Of a stretch of 64,000 nucleotides of DNA, positions 36,675-49,700 are shown one piece after another. Both the position numbers and the translations under genes were made by a program. This stretch comes from Chrysemys picta bellii (taxonomy: Eukaryota). The stretch covers positions 13,578,001-13,642,000 of the forward strand of contig NC_088813.1 of the NCBI RefSeq assembly GCF_011386835.1, read 5' to 3'. Below the pieces are notes generated by a model. The model had not been told where the DNA came from, did no database searches, and saw only the letters and a program-made list of their open reading frames with translations. Position 1 is the first letter of the stretch. Each line of letters starts with the position of its first letter.

Positions 36675-37180
36675 CAGGGGTGGGCAAACTTTTTGGACCT
36701 AGGGCCACATCTGGATATAGAAATTGTATGGCAGGCCATGAATGCTCCCAAAATTGGGGTTGGGGCACGGAGGGTGGGTGGCTCTGGGTGGCGCTTACCT
36801 CAAATGGCTCCTGGAAGCAGTGACATGTCCATGTCCCCCTCCTCCTCCCCCACCCCATCTCCTATGCGGAGGTGTGGCTGGGTGGCTCTGCTACGCACCG
36901 CCCTTGCAGCTCCCATTGGCCATGATTCCCAGGCAATGGGAACTGCGGGGGTGGTGGTTGGGACGGGGGCAGCATGCGGAGCTCCCTGGCTGCCCCTATG
37001 CGTAGGAGCCAGAGGGGGGCTATGCTGCTGCTTCTGGGAGCCGTGTGGAGCGGCCCCCGACCCTGCTCCCTGGCTGGAGCGCAGCAAGCCCCAGACCCCA
37101 CTCCCCAATGGGAGCTTGAGGGCCAGATTAAAATGGCTCGGGCCGGATCCAGCCTGTGGGCCATAGTTTGCCCACCCCTG
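36675..37180. mobile_element. hAT non-autonomous element (Charlie-type TIR)
   Basis: caggggtgggcaaact...agtttgcccacccctg, 8-bp TSD gtctagac/gtctaggc. Confidence 0.85.
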
Positions 37181-38161
37181 GTCTAGGCCTTGCAGGCTGC
37201 CCCATTCTCTTCCGTGAGAACTCCAAACTTTGGAGTTTGTTCCAAATTGTTCACAAACTGTGAACTTCAAAATATAGAACTTCTTCACAGCAGACTTACT
37301 TATTACCCAGGGAAGGCCTTCTTTTCTCCACACCGCTTCCGTTTGGTGTCCCCGTCCTCTAAAAAAGATGGTCAGTAACAGCATGAACATTAAGCAGGAC
37401 TGGAGGACCTTTACTCCCTATTTTGGTTAACGCTGTGGTTAAGGTCTGTTACTTGACATCTCCCTTGATAAGGCTGGAGAAGCTGCAATGATGGATAGTT
37501 AGAAATATGTGTAAGGCTGTGCACTGTTACATAGGTTACCAAGTATGGTGGTGACTGTTTGGGTAGCTGTCTGTCGACAGAACTGGCTGTTCAAGATTAT
37601 CGAAGGGGCAGGGAATGAGGTGGCTTTCTTTCATGAGAAGAGTGCTTGTCATCCAAGCTGCAAACAGTCCAGCTGTTGCTCATTTTATAAAGAATGGTAA
37701 AAAGCTTATAACTGGATATTAGTTTTGGAGAGGGATGACCCCTTATATGCTGGGTTAGTGAGCGTTGGAGAGGCCCTGTTTAACATGAATCTCCTTTGCT
37801 ACAAGGTTATGTGAACTATGTAGAAACCTGTGTATCCAAAACTACCCCCATTACATCAACAATTCTCAACACTTTGTCAGACAACTGGCCCCTGAACAAT
37901 ATATGTAAGGTCCTATGTAACAAATGTATGAATGGAAACTTTTTGGTTTCTGATGTTACTTGAACCAGTTCTTTGGTGCTGTTAATCGTGGTGGGTTTAG
38001 AAATCCTAGGTGAGAACCCCACTCGCCCACAGGATGGCATCCAGTTCATTCACACACACTGACATTTGGCATAGCTTGCACACAAAGCTGCCTTGCCTCT
38101 TCTGAAGGAACCTTTTCTAAACTCTTTCTCTGGGGTGGGGGGTTGTTTGTTCTTATTTTAG

Positions 38162-38325
38162 GTGTCTCCTTGCTTGCCGGTATTATCCCGATTATTATTC
38201 AGCAGTGACTCCGACTTGTTGGCAGATGCCTGCTGGGCACTCTCCTACCTATCAGATGGCCCCAATGAGAAAATCCAAGCAGTAATAGACTCCGGGGTGT
38301 GTCGGCGACTGGTAGAGCTGTTAAT
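38162..38325 (+). CDS. KPNA6: KPNA6 exon 9
   Basis: [54 protein letters not shown](M)|gtaagt, 164 nt. Confidence 0.96.
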
Positions 38326-39258
38326 GTAAGTGTGTTGCCCTGCATAAGAGGCAAAGACCTTGGACCGAACAGCCCATGTGAATATGGGTTTGTCTTGTGC
38401 TCACCACAGCACTAAGGTTTTCAAATTGGTGCCCAGTGGGCAGAAAACTAAGGCTGCTTGTGTCAGAGGGATTATCTAGTATCCTTGGGTATATGGGAAT
38501 ATGTGACATGGGTTGTGTTGGTCTATCGGACAGGGGGGGAAAGTCTCTTTATAGTGCTGGAAGAGTAGCTGTAGTGCCTTATGCTAGGAAGAGCATGATA
38601 CACAAAGACCATGCTGGTCCTGAGACTAGTCTAACCCATGAAGGGGAAAGGCTATGGTATTGATGTCAGACTAAGACCGTACACTGTGCTGCTCTACTGC
38701 TTTAAAACTCCTCTATGGAAGCTTAAAGTAATCTCTTGTTAGCTCTATGATAATGTTAGAAGAAAAGGATCAATAACAGACTAAATACAGCACTTTCCAA
38801 AGAAACTTGTCTTTTGTTGACACTCCTGTAATATTTATTCATTGAACAATCCGTAGTCATTGCTCTATTTTAGATCTGTTGAGTTTGTGTGTTGTCTAAT
38901 GCAGATGGCTTTCATTTGCATTGCATCTTGAGGGTTTGAAAAATAAATGCATTTTCAGGAGTGTTCTGGTTACTGTTAATTGGATGCCACAACAGTGAGG
39001 AGGGGCATGAAAGACTAAAGTTAGGAGTGATTTGAAGGTGACAGGAAGTGGTCCATGATGAAGCTTATGGTTGTAAGAGGACAAAATGTCCTTATGGTGA
39101 CACAATCCTTGCTCTGTCAGTGACCGTCTTTGGTTTGGACACATGTTGCTGTGTGCTTCTGATGGTGGAATTTTAACTAAATGGGGGGTGAAGAGGGCGG
39201 AGGGATTCTGTTACAAAGGGCTTGGACTGATGTTTCTTTCCCTTCCTCTTTCTTGCAG

Positions 39259-39337
39259 GCACAATGATTATAAAGTAGCTTCTCCAGCTTTGCGAGCTGT
39301 AGGCAACATTGTGACAGGTGATGACATCCAGACCCAG
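39259..39337 (+). CDS. KPNA6: KPNA6 exon 10
   Basis: [26 protein letters not shown]|gtgagt, 79 nt. Confidence 0.96.
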
Positions 39338-40109
39338 GTGAGTGGGATGTGACTAGGTCTTCTCATATTCAGTGTTTGAGCAGGAGGGAGCGTTAAAAAT
39401 GTCTCAGATAAAAACCCAGATCATCACTAAGAGGAGGGAGTAAAGTTCTCATGACAGATCTGTGCTCAGATTTCTAGGCTTGCCACTAGAAGATGAAATC
39501 TAGCTTAGATCACCCACCCCTTAATCAAAACAGGAATAGCTCAACCTACAGGGTTGCCCATAAGATGAATTGAGCCATGATGGCATGGCTCAAGATTTAG
39601 CTACAACAACAAAAGTCCCTTCTGTGTATTGGTGCTTGGGAACAATATAGTGTATACACGTATCTCATTGTAGCCAGTGTTTGTGTAGGGAGACAAGTCT
39701 CAGGACTCCAGTCATTGAAATTTCTCATTTCCAGCATCCAAGAACTAGGGATGACATATTCTGCCGCCTCCTCCTCCTTGAGCTCTGCTACAACAGGAGA
39801 TGAGGAGCAGGATGCAGTGGAGGGAGGCTTGTCTTCTGTCTGCCTCCTGAACCACACAGAGTGCATTCCTGGTAGAACACTTTGCAATTGGGATGTCTGA
39901 TCCTACACATGCCTCTCTGAGATAGGAAAAGCATTCTCTTCCTGCTGCTGCCTAATGGAACACCTCATTCAGTGGCAGGAGTTTCTGGAAAATGTTGGAA
40001 GAAAATATTTTTCCCCATAAGAATCCAGTAAAGATGTGCTGAAAGTATCCACACTATGGAAGTGGAGGAAGGCGAATGGTGTCATCCTATCCTGTACTCT
40101 TCTCTTAAG

Positions 40110-40235
40110 GTGATCCTGAACTGCTCAGCTCTGCCTTGCCTGCTTCATTTATTAAGCAGCCCCAAAGAGTCTATCCGGAAGGAAGCTTGCTGGACCATTT
40201 CTAACATCACAGCTGGAAACAGGGCTCAGATACAG
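40110..40235 (+). CDS. KPNA6: KPNA6 exon 11
   Basis: [42 protein letters not shown]|gtaaag, 126 nt. Confidence 0.96.
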
Positions 40236-40859
40236 GTAAAGTTTCCAGAATCCTTGCCAGGCCCACCTGCAACACTCTTGGATCCATGGAGCACCATTAA
40301 AACAAAGCTTATGTGATTCTTAGTTGGTGTTTAAAGGCCACATTTTACACCCTGGACTTCCCTTTTTTCTCTGGTTATTTGCAAGCACAATTAGTGTTGT
40401 TGTTCTACTTGACTGCCCCCACAACAATAGTTAGACATGTAAGTGACACTAACTGTGCCCACAAATGGTGCCTGGTCTGAAACATGCTCTAAATGTCTAA
40501 TCACTGAGTGAGCTTGAGGAGATGGGGATTAATCTGCCTCTTCATTGGGGTTCCAAAGTTCAGATGTATACCTAGAATAATGCCTTTCAATTGGTGTACA
40601 GCATTTGATTGTAATTATCCTTTCTAAGGGCCTAAATCCAAACAGATGCACACAGTGACCAAAGACTGACTTTGGTATTGGTGCAATAATAGGAGATTAA
40701 GTTCTTGGATAGTAAACTTAATCTTACACTTACAGGACATGGTAGGAGAAGCAGGTGGGGGATCACTGAAAAGGTTATAGGTTTCTGTTCCCAGAGCCTG
40801 CTAACTTTTTAGGAATCGCTTGGCCTGTCCTAAATGCAGCTTCTCTCTTCTTCCTTCAG

Positions 40860-40987
40860 GCAGTCATAGATGCAAACATTTTCCCAGTGCTGATAGAAAT
40901 CTTACAGAAAGCAGAATTCCGCACAAGGAAAGAGGCAGCCTGGGCCATCACGAATGCGACATCAGGAGGAACCCCAGAGCAGATCAG
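40860..40987 (+). CDS. KPNA6: KPNA6 exon 12
   Basis: [42 protein letters not shown](R)|gtacgt, 128 nt. Confidence 0.96.
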
Positions 40988-42371
40988 GTACGTTGAGAGG
41001 CTGTTTTTATGTGTACTTTGTCTCTGACTCCATGAAGCTATAGCAAATTTGTACAATCAGTTTGCCATCCACATTTGTGGCCATCCATCCATCGATTCCT
41101 GGGTACCTTGGCCTTGAAAGAAGCTCCAAGACCTATTCAGAGATCCAGCATGTATTTATAGCTTTCTCTAGGCTCTAATTCTTTCAATGAAGAGACTACA
41201 TTTTTGCTGGAAAGCCATTTGAGTAGGGATAAGTTACTGGTGCTGCTTCTGTATTCACCATCGAGACTATAGCTGTTGAGAACCAGAAGAGTCATTGTTC
41301 ATTGTTCATAGTTCAAAGTCCGAGCTATAGATTAGTGTAACTGTTTTTTATATAACTATGCTACATTTGAGGTGTGTTTTTTTTTTTTTTTAAACAGTAT
41401 CTATTTAAAAATCTTGTGCCACACAAAGGATGCACTTACAAGTCTTTAGCATCTTGACCATGCAGTCTAATTCTGGAAGTATCTGGTCTGTGTCATGTAC
41501 CTGACATGCATATGCTCACACTCCTGGCTCTGATACAGTTCAAAACCCAGTGAAGTACTTTAATTTCCTAATCCATCAGTACTTGGGTTTAAAACCCTTT
41601 CTGATTTGCTTCATTCAAAGTACATGTCTGTCTTTAAAATTCTGTTAAGCGTGCATCTAATAGAAGCAGCAGCATTACAAGGTGCCCCTATAACTTTGCC
41701 AGTATTGTGTGCTTTACCCAGGAAAAATGTAATATGGACTCTATGCAGGTGAATTAGTGGTGTTAACTTTGTTTTTCTGTAGCCTGTGTAGGAAATGCAC
41801 AAATAATTTTGCAAGTCTAAATTTAAACAGATGTTGGGTATAAATCTTTCACCGTATCAGAGAGTATAAATACCTGGCTAATTATAGGCTAAATAATTTA
41901 AAAATATGCTGCAAAATTTAAGACCCATGCAAATGTCTTTTAAATTTCAGTGGAGGTTTTTGGTGGGATTTAAATAGTGCATGTGACTATAAACAAGCGA
42001 TACAGATGACTCCAGTTTCATAGTTTACTTTGTGTCGTTTAAGCAGCTTGGACAAACCAGACTAGAACGTCAAAACTTGCCTGCCTATAAAGTCAGGCAC
42101 CTTAATAGATCTGGATTCTGACTTCAATGGGAGTTGAGTGCTAACACATTGTAAATAAGGGCCCTGGTTGTTAGAGGTTAAAGGGTTTAATTTAAACACC
42201 CAGCTTCGAGAGCTAATGGTGAAAAGGATGTTACCTGTTAGGCAATATTTTTAAAATACAAATTTCCTTAAACCTGACAGTGTCCCTTTGAACCTAAATG
42301 CATGTCACAATGTTACTTAACCTTCCTTCTTGATAAATGGAATGTTTGTCTTCCCTGTGCCTTCTCTTCAG

Positions 42372-42550
42372 GTACTTGGTAAACCTAGGCTGTATCAAAC
42401 CTCTGTGTGACCTGCTGACTGTCATGGACTCCAAGATTGTTCAAGTGGCCCTGAATGGCCTGGAGAATATCCTGCGGCTCGGTGAGCAGGAGGCCAAGCA
42501 AAGTGGCACTGGCATCAACCCCTACTGCAGCCTCATTGAGGAAGCCTATG
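42372..42550 (+). CDS. KPNA6: KPNA6 exon 13
   Basis: [59 protein letters not shown](G)|gtgagt, 179 nt. Confidence 0.96.
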
Positions 42551-42622
42551 GTGAGTGGCTCTCACTGGCCTTGCTGCTGTGACTTGTTCCCAGGAGGAAG
42601 TAATGCAGGATATGTGTTACCG

Positions 42623-43277
42623 CAGAGGTTCTCAAACTGTGGTCCATGGACCACCAGTGGTCCATGAGCTCCATTCAGGTGGTCTGCAGATAGTTCCCTC
42701 TCAGGTGCATGCCTGGGCAGCCACACATGAGAGAATGAAGGGCCACCCACCTTATTATGGAGCCACGCAAGTGTGGCTCCACTGATTAGGTGTCTGGACC
42801 CTGAAGAGGACGCACATGTGAGGTGGTGGCCTTGGGGTGGAAGAGGGGGTAGGTGGGAAGGGGCAGTGGGGTGAGGCAAATTTGGGGGCAAAGGGCTGTG
42901 GTGGCCAGAGCGAGCACACTTTCCCCAGCTCCAGGGCTGCAACTGCTGGGGAGAGACCCCCCCTCCTTCCCAGCCTCAGCTCTGCGGTGGGGGAGACTAC
43001 CCCCCCCTTCCCAGCCCCAGCTCGGGAGCTGCCATGGCAGGGGAGAGGGCACATCCATTGCCTTAGAAAGGTAAGACTACTGGTATTAAAACATGAGTTG
43101 TGTGCTTTTATTTGTAGAACAAAAGTTTAAGGTTTTTTTAATAAAGCGTTTTTATCCAAAGCGCTTTACAATAGTTAGCAAACGGTACAAACAACATTTG
43201 GAAAGATCATTAAGTGATCTGCCAAGACCCTCCGCAATTATCAAGTGGTCCGTGGGGGGAAAGTTTGAGAACAACTG
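42623..43277. mobile_element. hAT non-autonomous element (older copy)
   Basis: cagaggttctcaaactgtggtcc...gtggtccgtggggggaaagtttgagaacaactg. TSD not preserved. Confidence 0.7.
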
Positions 43278-44171
43278 TTAGAGGCTGCTTACGCTCTATT
43301 GCTGAAAGTGTTTGTCCACTTCCTCCGAACTTCAAATGGGTATGAGATGAGGGATGCTAGAAGTTCTGGATTAACTGCTGTTTTACCCCAATAGTTAGTC
43401 TGTATAAGCACACACTCTGTGGCTTGTTGCATTCTGTGATTACGGGTAGCTAGGATGAGTACCAGGGAAGGTATAAGTGCCAAATGGATTCCTTGGACCA
43501 GAAGTCTCTTGCATCCAAGATGCTGGAGGTGATTGAAGATAAAGTTGGGGCTCTCACAAATTGGCATCATTGATGTCCCAAGTTAGGGCTGCCCGTCAGC
43601 AAAACGAATGACAATTCCATAATTTTCTTTTAGGTACTAACAAGACACCTGCATAAAAATCACTCTTTTTACAGAGCCCAAAGGTGTGCTAGTCACTTAA
43701 TGAAAAACAAGAGAAGTGCAGTTCCTACCCTGGAGAGATCAGTCTAGTCTTGTCACTTCACTTCTCTTCCCACTTCCTCCTCTGTCTCTCCAGAATGTGA
43801 GCACTTTGGGGCAAGGACCTGTCTTCCTTTTTAGTCTGAAGTGCCTCATGCACTGTTGGTGCTCTGTAAATGATCTGGCCTGTGAGACTTCTGATTTGTG
43901 GTGTATCCTCCAAATAGGAACAACTCCTCATCTTACTAAGTTTTAATTGGACCCTTTAAACATGGGCTGGGAGAGAGATTCAATCCAAAAGCTCTTCTGG
44001 AGTAATGGAGCTAGTGTTTTTTTAGATATTCTAACTCTGGGCAAAATGCAAGCTTAACAAATGGTGGTCTTGTGGCCCCAAACAGTTGAAAGGGTGAAGG
44101 ATGGATGGGGGCCGGGAATAGTATGGATGTTCTGATCAGTCTTGCCACATTCCATTTTTCTCTTTCCTAAG

Positions 44172-44359
44172 GCTTGGATAAAATAGAGTTCCTGCAGAGC
44201 CATGAGAACCAGGAAATCTACCAGAAGGCCTTTGATTTGATTGAGCACTACTTTGGAGTAGAGGATGACGACTCCAACCTGGCTCCCCAGGTAGACGAGA
44301 ACCAGCAGCAATTCATCTTCCAGCAGCCTGAGGCCCCTATGGAAGGCTTCCAGCTATAA
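44172..44359 (+). CDS. KPNA6: KPNA6 exon 14 coding part (to stop)
   Basis: (G)[61 protein letters not shown]. Confidence 0.96.
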
Positions 44360-44554
44360 TGTGTTCAGATGGGGAAGGACACCACAAACTTGCCAGAAAT
44401 CAACTGGGAGCAGCCAGAGTTAGTCCCATTTCCCCCTCCTTGCAAACGGAAGGCGCAAACACCCACGCCAACCCATTAGGAAACAGTTCCTCCTTCGAGA
44501 ACAGCTAGAAGCAATGCTTTGCTCTCATGGAAAGAAGGGGATTTTATTTTTTAC

Positions 44555-44556
<2 letters not shown>

Positions 44557-44593
<37 letters not shown>
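44557..44593. repeat. Poly(T)37 tract
   Basis: Read directly. Confidence 0.9.
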
Positions 44594-44597
<4 letters not shown>

Positions 44598-46392
44598 CTG
44601 TATACATGTCTCTAAAGCAGGCACCAAGGTGGAGGAAGGACACGGAGGTAACAAATTGCACCTCTTGTTTTAATTTGTGGTGATCTTTCACATATTGTGT
44701 CACTTGTTACCTCGGGTACTTAAATGAAATTTCAGTTGGGGGGGAAGGGGGAACACAAATCAAAAGTTAAGCATTCTCTTCTCTGACAACATTAATCCTG
44801 GAAGCTAGGGTTGATCTATTTAATTTTTTTTTTGCACATCTTACTCTTTGTTAAAGACTCTAATCTGCCAAGAGCAAAGTTTAGCCCCTCACCTTTTCAC
44901 AGCTCTCCTTCAGTGGACCGCGCCATTGGACATGGGCCAAGTTCCCCTTGAAACATACTGTAAATGGACAAAGGAGAAGTGGGAAGACTTTTCCTGGGGA
45001 GGCATTTTTTCCCTTTGTTTAAATTTTTTTTTTAAGAACTGTTGTTGGTATTTAAAAAAAAAAAAGCAACAAAACCCCAAAGATGGTAATTGTGAAGAGG
45101 TGGGGAGATGTTTTGGTGGTCTTTGAAAAGAGGAAGCACAGCTGCCATTGCACGGGCTTCACTTGCATTGCTACTGATTGAAGTCACAGAACTGTTGAAA
45201 TGGTGAAACCCATCTTCATCTTTACTTGAAAATTTTTTCATGAAAACGTGTATTAAGATTTGGATTTTTTTCTGAATGGATGGGGTGGGGGTGGATTGTT
45301 TATTTTATGGGGTGGGGAGGAAGGAGGGCATAGCTACACTTGACAGGAGCATTGTGTGCAGTGTTAACTCCAGTAGCAAAGGGCCTGAGTTTTCAGGATT
45401 ACTTTCTGCTCACAGTTGGATCATGTACATTTTACTTCAAAAGGAAGAGTCAAAGCTCTGTATTTTTTATATATTATATATAGGTAGATATTTGTCTAAT
45501 TGGCTTCAGAGAAAAATATATATGAAATTTCTGTAATTTATGTAAATAGAATACTGTGAGGCAGGTACACCTGGAAATGATGGTCTATGAACTCACTCAC
45601 TGGTTGTCCTGCTTCTTTTCCTCTGTTTACTCACGTACTGTACAAGCAAACATAGATTTGTCTTAAACTCCTTTTCCAGATTGAGTTTACTTAGCCAAGA
45701 GTGATGATAAACACAATAGGCTATGGAAAACCCAAACAATTTTGGGATTTGAGGGAAGGGGATGGGGGAAACGTGGTTCACCAAGGTGTCTAATAGACTC
45801 GCTGTGTGCATCCCCTCCCTGTTCTTGCTGTCCTAAGCAAGTGCAAGTTTGGAAGCCTTTGGGACTGGGAATTTCAAGAGGGTAGGAAACAAAGCATGGT
45901 GCCAGTTGTTGTATGAAATCAAGAAATCCAATTTCACAAGTCCTTCACGTTTAAAAATAATAATAATAAACAACATCTGTGCATTTGACTGGTGGCTGGC
46001 TGTGGCTAGAGTGATCTCTAAATGTGTAAACTTTCTTTATCACTTGCTGCAGTACAAGTTTGGGGTGGATTATTTAATATTAGATATAGCCTTGTGGCTC
46101 ATGTGTGAAAGCTTGGCCATGGTGTACTGGAGTGCTGTGCCATTGCAGGATCTGGAGAAGCCTACCAGGGAGCTTGGACTCCTAGCAAGCACGTTAATGT
46201 TGGAACCTTTGTTTATCTGTGAAGAATGAAACTGAATATTGTATTTTAAAGATGTATTAAGGTTTGTGAGTTAACTCAACAAGCCACTTAGATTAGCACA
46301 GTGGCTCACTCACATGCCTCTGGCTAGTGTGCATCCCCTCCCTGTTCTCTTTAAACAGAGTGGGGAGAAATGCTTTTGTCCGTCCTCTAAAG

Positions 46393-46701
46393 CAGTGGTT
46401 CTCAAACTAGGGCTGCCACTTGTTCAGGGAAAGCCCCTGGCAGGCCGGGCCGGTTTGTTTACCTGCTGCATCCACAGGTTCGTCCGATCGCGGCTCCAGG
46501 CCAATTGGGGCTGCAGGAAGGGTGGCCAGCATGTCCCTCAGCCCATGGCGCTTCCTGCAACGCCCATTGGCCTGGAACAGTGAACTGCGGTCAGTGGGAG
46601 CTGCGATTGGCCGAACCTGCAGATGTGGCAGGTAAACAAACCGGCCCAACCCGCCAGGGGCTTTCCCTAAACGAGTGGCGGCCCTAGTTTGAGAACCACT
46701 G
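46393..46701. mobile_element. Palindromic hAT MITE
   Basis: cagtggttctcaaactaggg...ccctagtttgagaaccactg, perfect 8-bp TSD CTCTAAAG (46385-46392, 46702-46709). Confidence 0.92.
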
Positions 46702-49700
46702 CTCTAAAGCTTGGGTTAGCTGCTGAGAAGGCTTTTGTATTGAGGCTTTTATGAAAGAAAGGTTCATTGTGTAGTTCAATGTAATATGTATTGGGGTAGC
46801 TTGTTAAAGGAGAGCATGCAAATTAAAATCTCTTCTAATGGATCCTTATGCAGTTGATGGAAGATGAAGAAATAAGAGATCTGGATTTATATTCAAATTC
46901 AAGCCTTAAGCAGAAGGCAAGTCTCAAATACCATCAGTATGATGGCAGAGTATATTCCCAGATTCTGGGATGATCCTGGGGTCAGCCTACCTACAATCTT
47001 ACTGGTCCAGTCTCATTCAAGAGTCTTGGTTGCCTCAAGAGATTTTTTTCTCCATTAAAAATATCAGTGAGCAACTGAGGGTTAAGTGAAACTTACACAC
47101 ATGGGTGTTCTATCTTTCTCCTTTTTTTTTTTTTTTTTTTTTGGTAGTGGGGGGACGTGTGGGTTGCTGCTATTTTTCCTTCTGCTTGTAGGCCTTTCAG
47201 CACTAGCATCAATGAGGAGTTTCCCATGGCCATGCGTACGGTACTTTGGGTTCTAGGACATACCCTAAAGCTCGGTTGTTGCACGGACACCTTTCCCTCA
47301 CCTCTTCTCTTCCTGTATCTGCAAATAATCCAGCAGTGGATTTGGAAGAGAATTAGATGCTGTAGCAAACTGCTTTGCAGGGATCATTGAAACTAAAAAA
47401 TGCTGCCCTGAATCGATGTATAAGCAGGCACCCACTTTGTGGAGAGTAGGAAGAGAATGTGGATGGGTAAAAAGGATTGTTCTCCTGCATGGCTGTTTGG
47501 GAGACCTTCAGGGGCTGAATGTAGTAGCCAGGCTGTCTGAAAGCCTGCAGGTGGGGTGGGCTAAATCTGCAGAATCAAGCTGTTTATCAGTAGAAAATAA
47601 CCAGTTTGTTGAATAGGAACTGCTATCAAGTGAAGAAGGGCTTCAGAGGAACAATTCATATGATCTGTTTCATGGAGACAGTGAAATTCACTATGGAATT
47701 GAACAGTTCTCCAATCAGTAAAACCTTATTTTAAGCTTAGGGTAAACATATTCAGTGTCTAATTTTTTTTAACTAACTAACTAGTCTCTGGATATTCATA
47801 TTGTATTTGAAATTGGATCTACAGCCAAGGGGAGTTAACTTTGAAACCCAGAACTGGAGAAGACTTGTGTGGGACTCTCCTGTTTCCCTCCTCCTCAGCT
47901 CTCAGTCTCCCATCAGGCTTAGTCTGATATCTGGTCAATACTGAGCCCCATCTTGCTTTTACACTTCCAAAAAGGCTCCCTCTTTGGCCAATGAAAAGCA
48001 GTAATGTATCCCTTCCATAGACAGGTTCTATGTGGAAGGCCTTATGAGATATGTTCCAAAGCCATCTGTGACCCCATGGTCCCTTAACTCATGAGGGAGA
48101 CATTCTTGGAGCTGCTATTCCACCAGTCAGCTATCTAAGATATTATATGAACCAGAGTACTATATTAGGTCTGTGGTGAAGAGAACATATCCTTCCAGGA
48201 TAGAGCCTGATACCTCCATGGCTTTAGGACTGCATCTCTATAGCAAAAAAGTAACCAAACTAGGTAAGATCTTGATTCATCCACAATCTTAGTCTTCTGA
48301 TGTCAATCACTTAAAAACCACGGTTTTATGTGTTCTATGCATTACCTCAGGACCATGCAAAAGAAATGAAGCTCTTCACTCCATTGGAGCTTCTTCCATT
48401 TATTGCAGCATGAAGAGGCATTTGGATCCGCTTTGCAAGATCACTTTTTTTTTTAAATGAGACTTTTGGCTCCTGAAATAAGATTGAAGTGAAATGATGT
48501 AGAACTACCTAACAAACTTGTGGCAAAAGCTGAAGCGGTAGTAAGGATGGCTTTTTGTTTAGCGTGGTCCTACTATCTTCCTGCTGTGAGGAAGCTAGCT
48601 TGCTTTCCTTGATAGAGAGCCATTCCTACACACAGCCGTGAACTATTGTCTGAATTACAACTCAAACCTTCCCTTAGCAACCACAGAAACGAATACTTAG
48701 GCCCAAGCCACCCGTCGAGGTATTGCTCCTTCTTATAATTAGCTTGACCGCTTTTCATAGAAAATGGTGGATAATTGGTTTACCAAAAAAACCTTGCACC
48801 CTGCCCTTCTCTTCTCTTCTCCCCCCTCCATCCCCCCCCAACAAAAAAACCCCAAACAAATCTTAAGGGCATCACTTCCTGCTGTCTTCTGAATCTGAAC
48901 TTTACGACTGGTATTCGGGAACAAGTTTTTGGCTTTTGGAAAGCTGCTCTTGCAGAGTGCAGGAGCATCCATGCTGATGTCAGCCTTGTTGAATTTATGC
49001 TAAATGTCTGTAGATAAGCTCTCTCCAGAACCTCCACAAATGCTGTTCTGGGGGGTGTCACTTGGTTTTTAACACACCTTCATCTCCCCCCTTGCCCCCC
49101 CCCCCCCGCATTTAAGCTACTTCTATTTTTCTCAGCTCTCACAAGTGCCATTTAGATCTACAAGAGATGTTGAAATGTAAGCATTCATCTTATAGGTCGA
49201 CTTCTATTTTGAATATTACTGTTTTGTTAAACAATGTAGGGCCTTTTTTTCTATCAGTATTGCACTGCATATAGGAGTTGCACTACAGACTCTGCCAACC
49301 CTTCAGTTAACCCATTCAGTTAACCGCTCCTTTTGTGCGGTCAGCAACTTGGGCATCATAAATCCCGTCGGTCTGGTGTCTACTTCTTACACTTCTCTTC
49401 TGGGACCACCATCTCTTAGCCTCCAAAGTGTTTTGGGAGCACCTATTTTATTTCCTGCATACTATATTGCTCAGTAATTGTGCACATCTAGCATACCTCC
49501 TAGGGTGGCATACCCAGTGGGTGCTAGCTATCAAAACTAGCGCTACCATTCTCGTTGTGTAGGGACTTCTGCCTGTTGGCAGTACCTCCTTTTTATTGGT
49601 TCCCTAGAGCAATAGCACTACAACCCAGCGCGAAAGCAATATCAACACACAACATGTTGGGGATAATTTGAGGAAGGGTCGCAAGCAAGCATGCAGTTAA

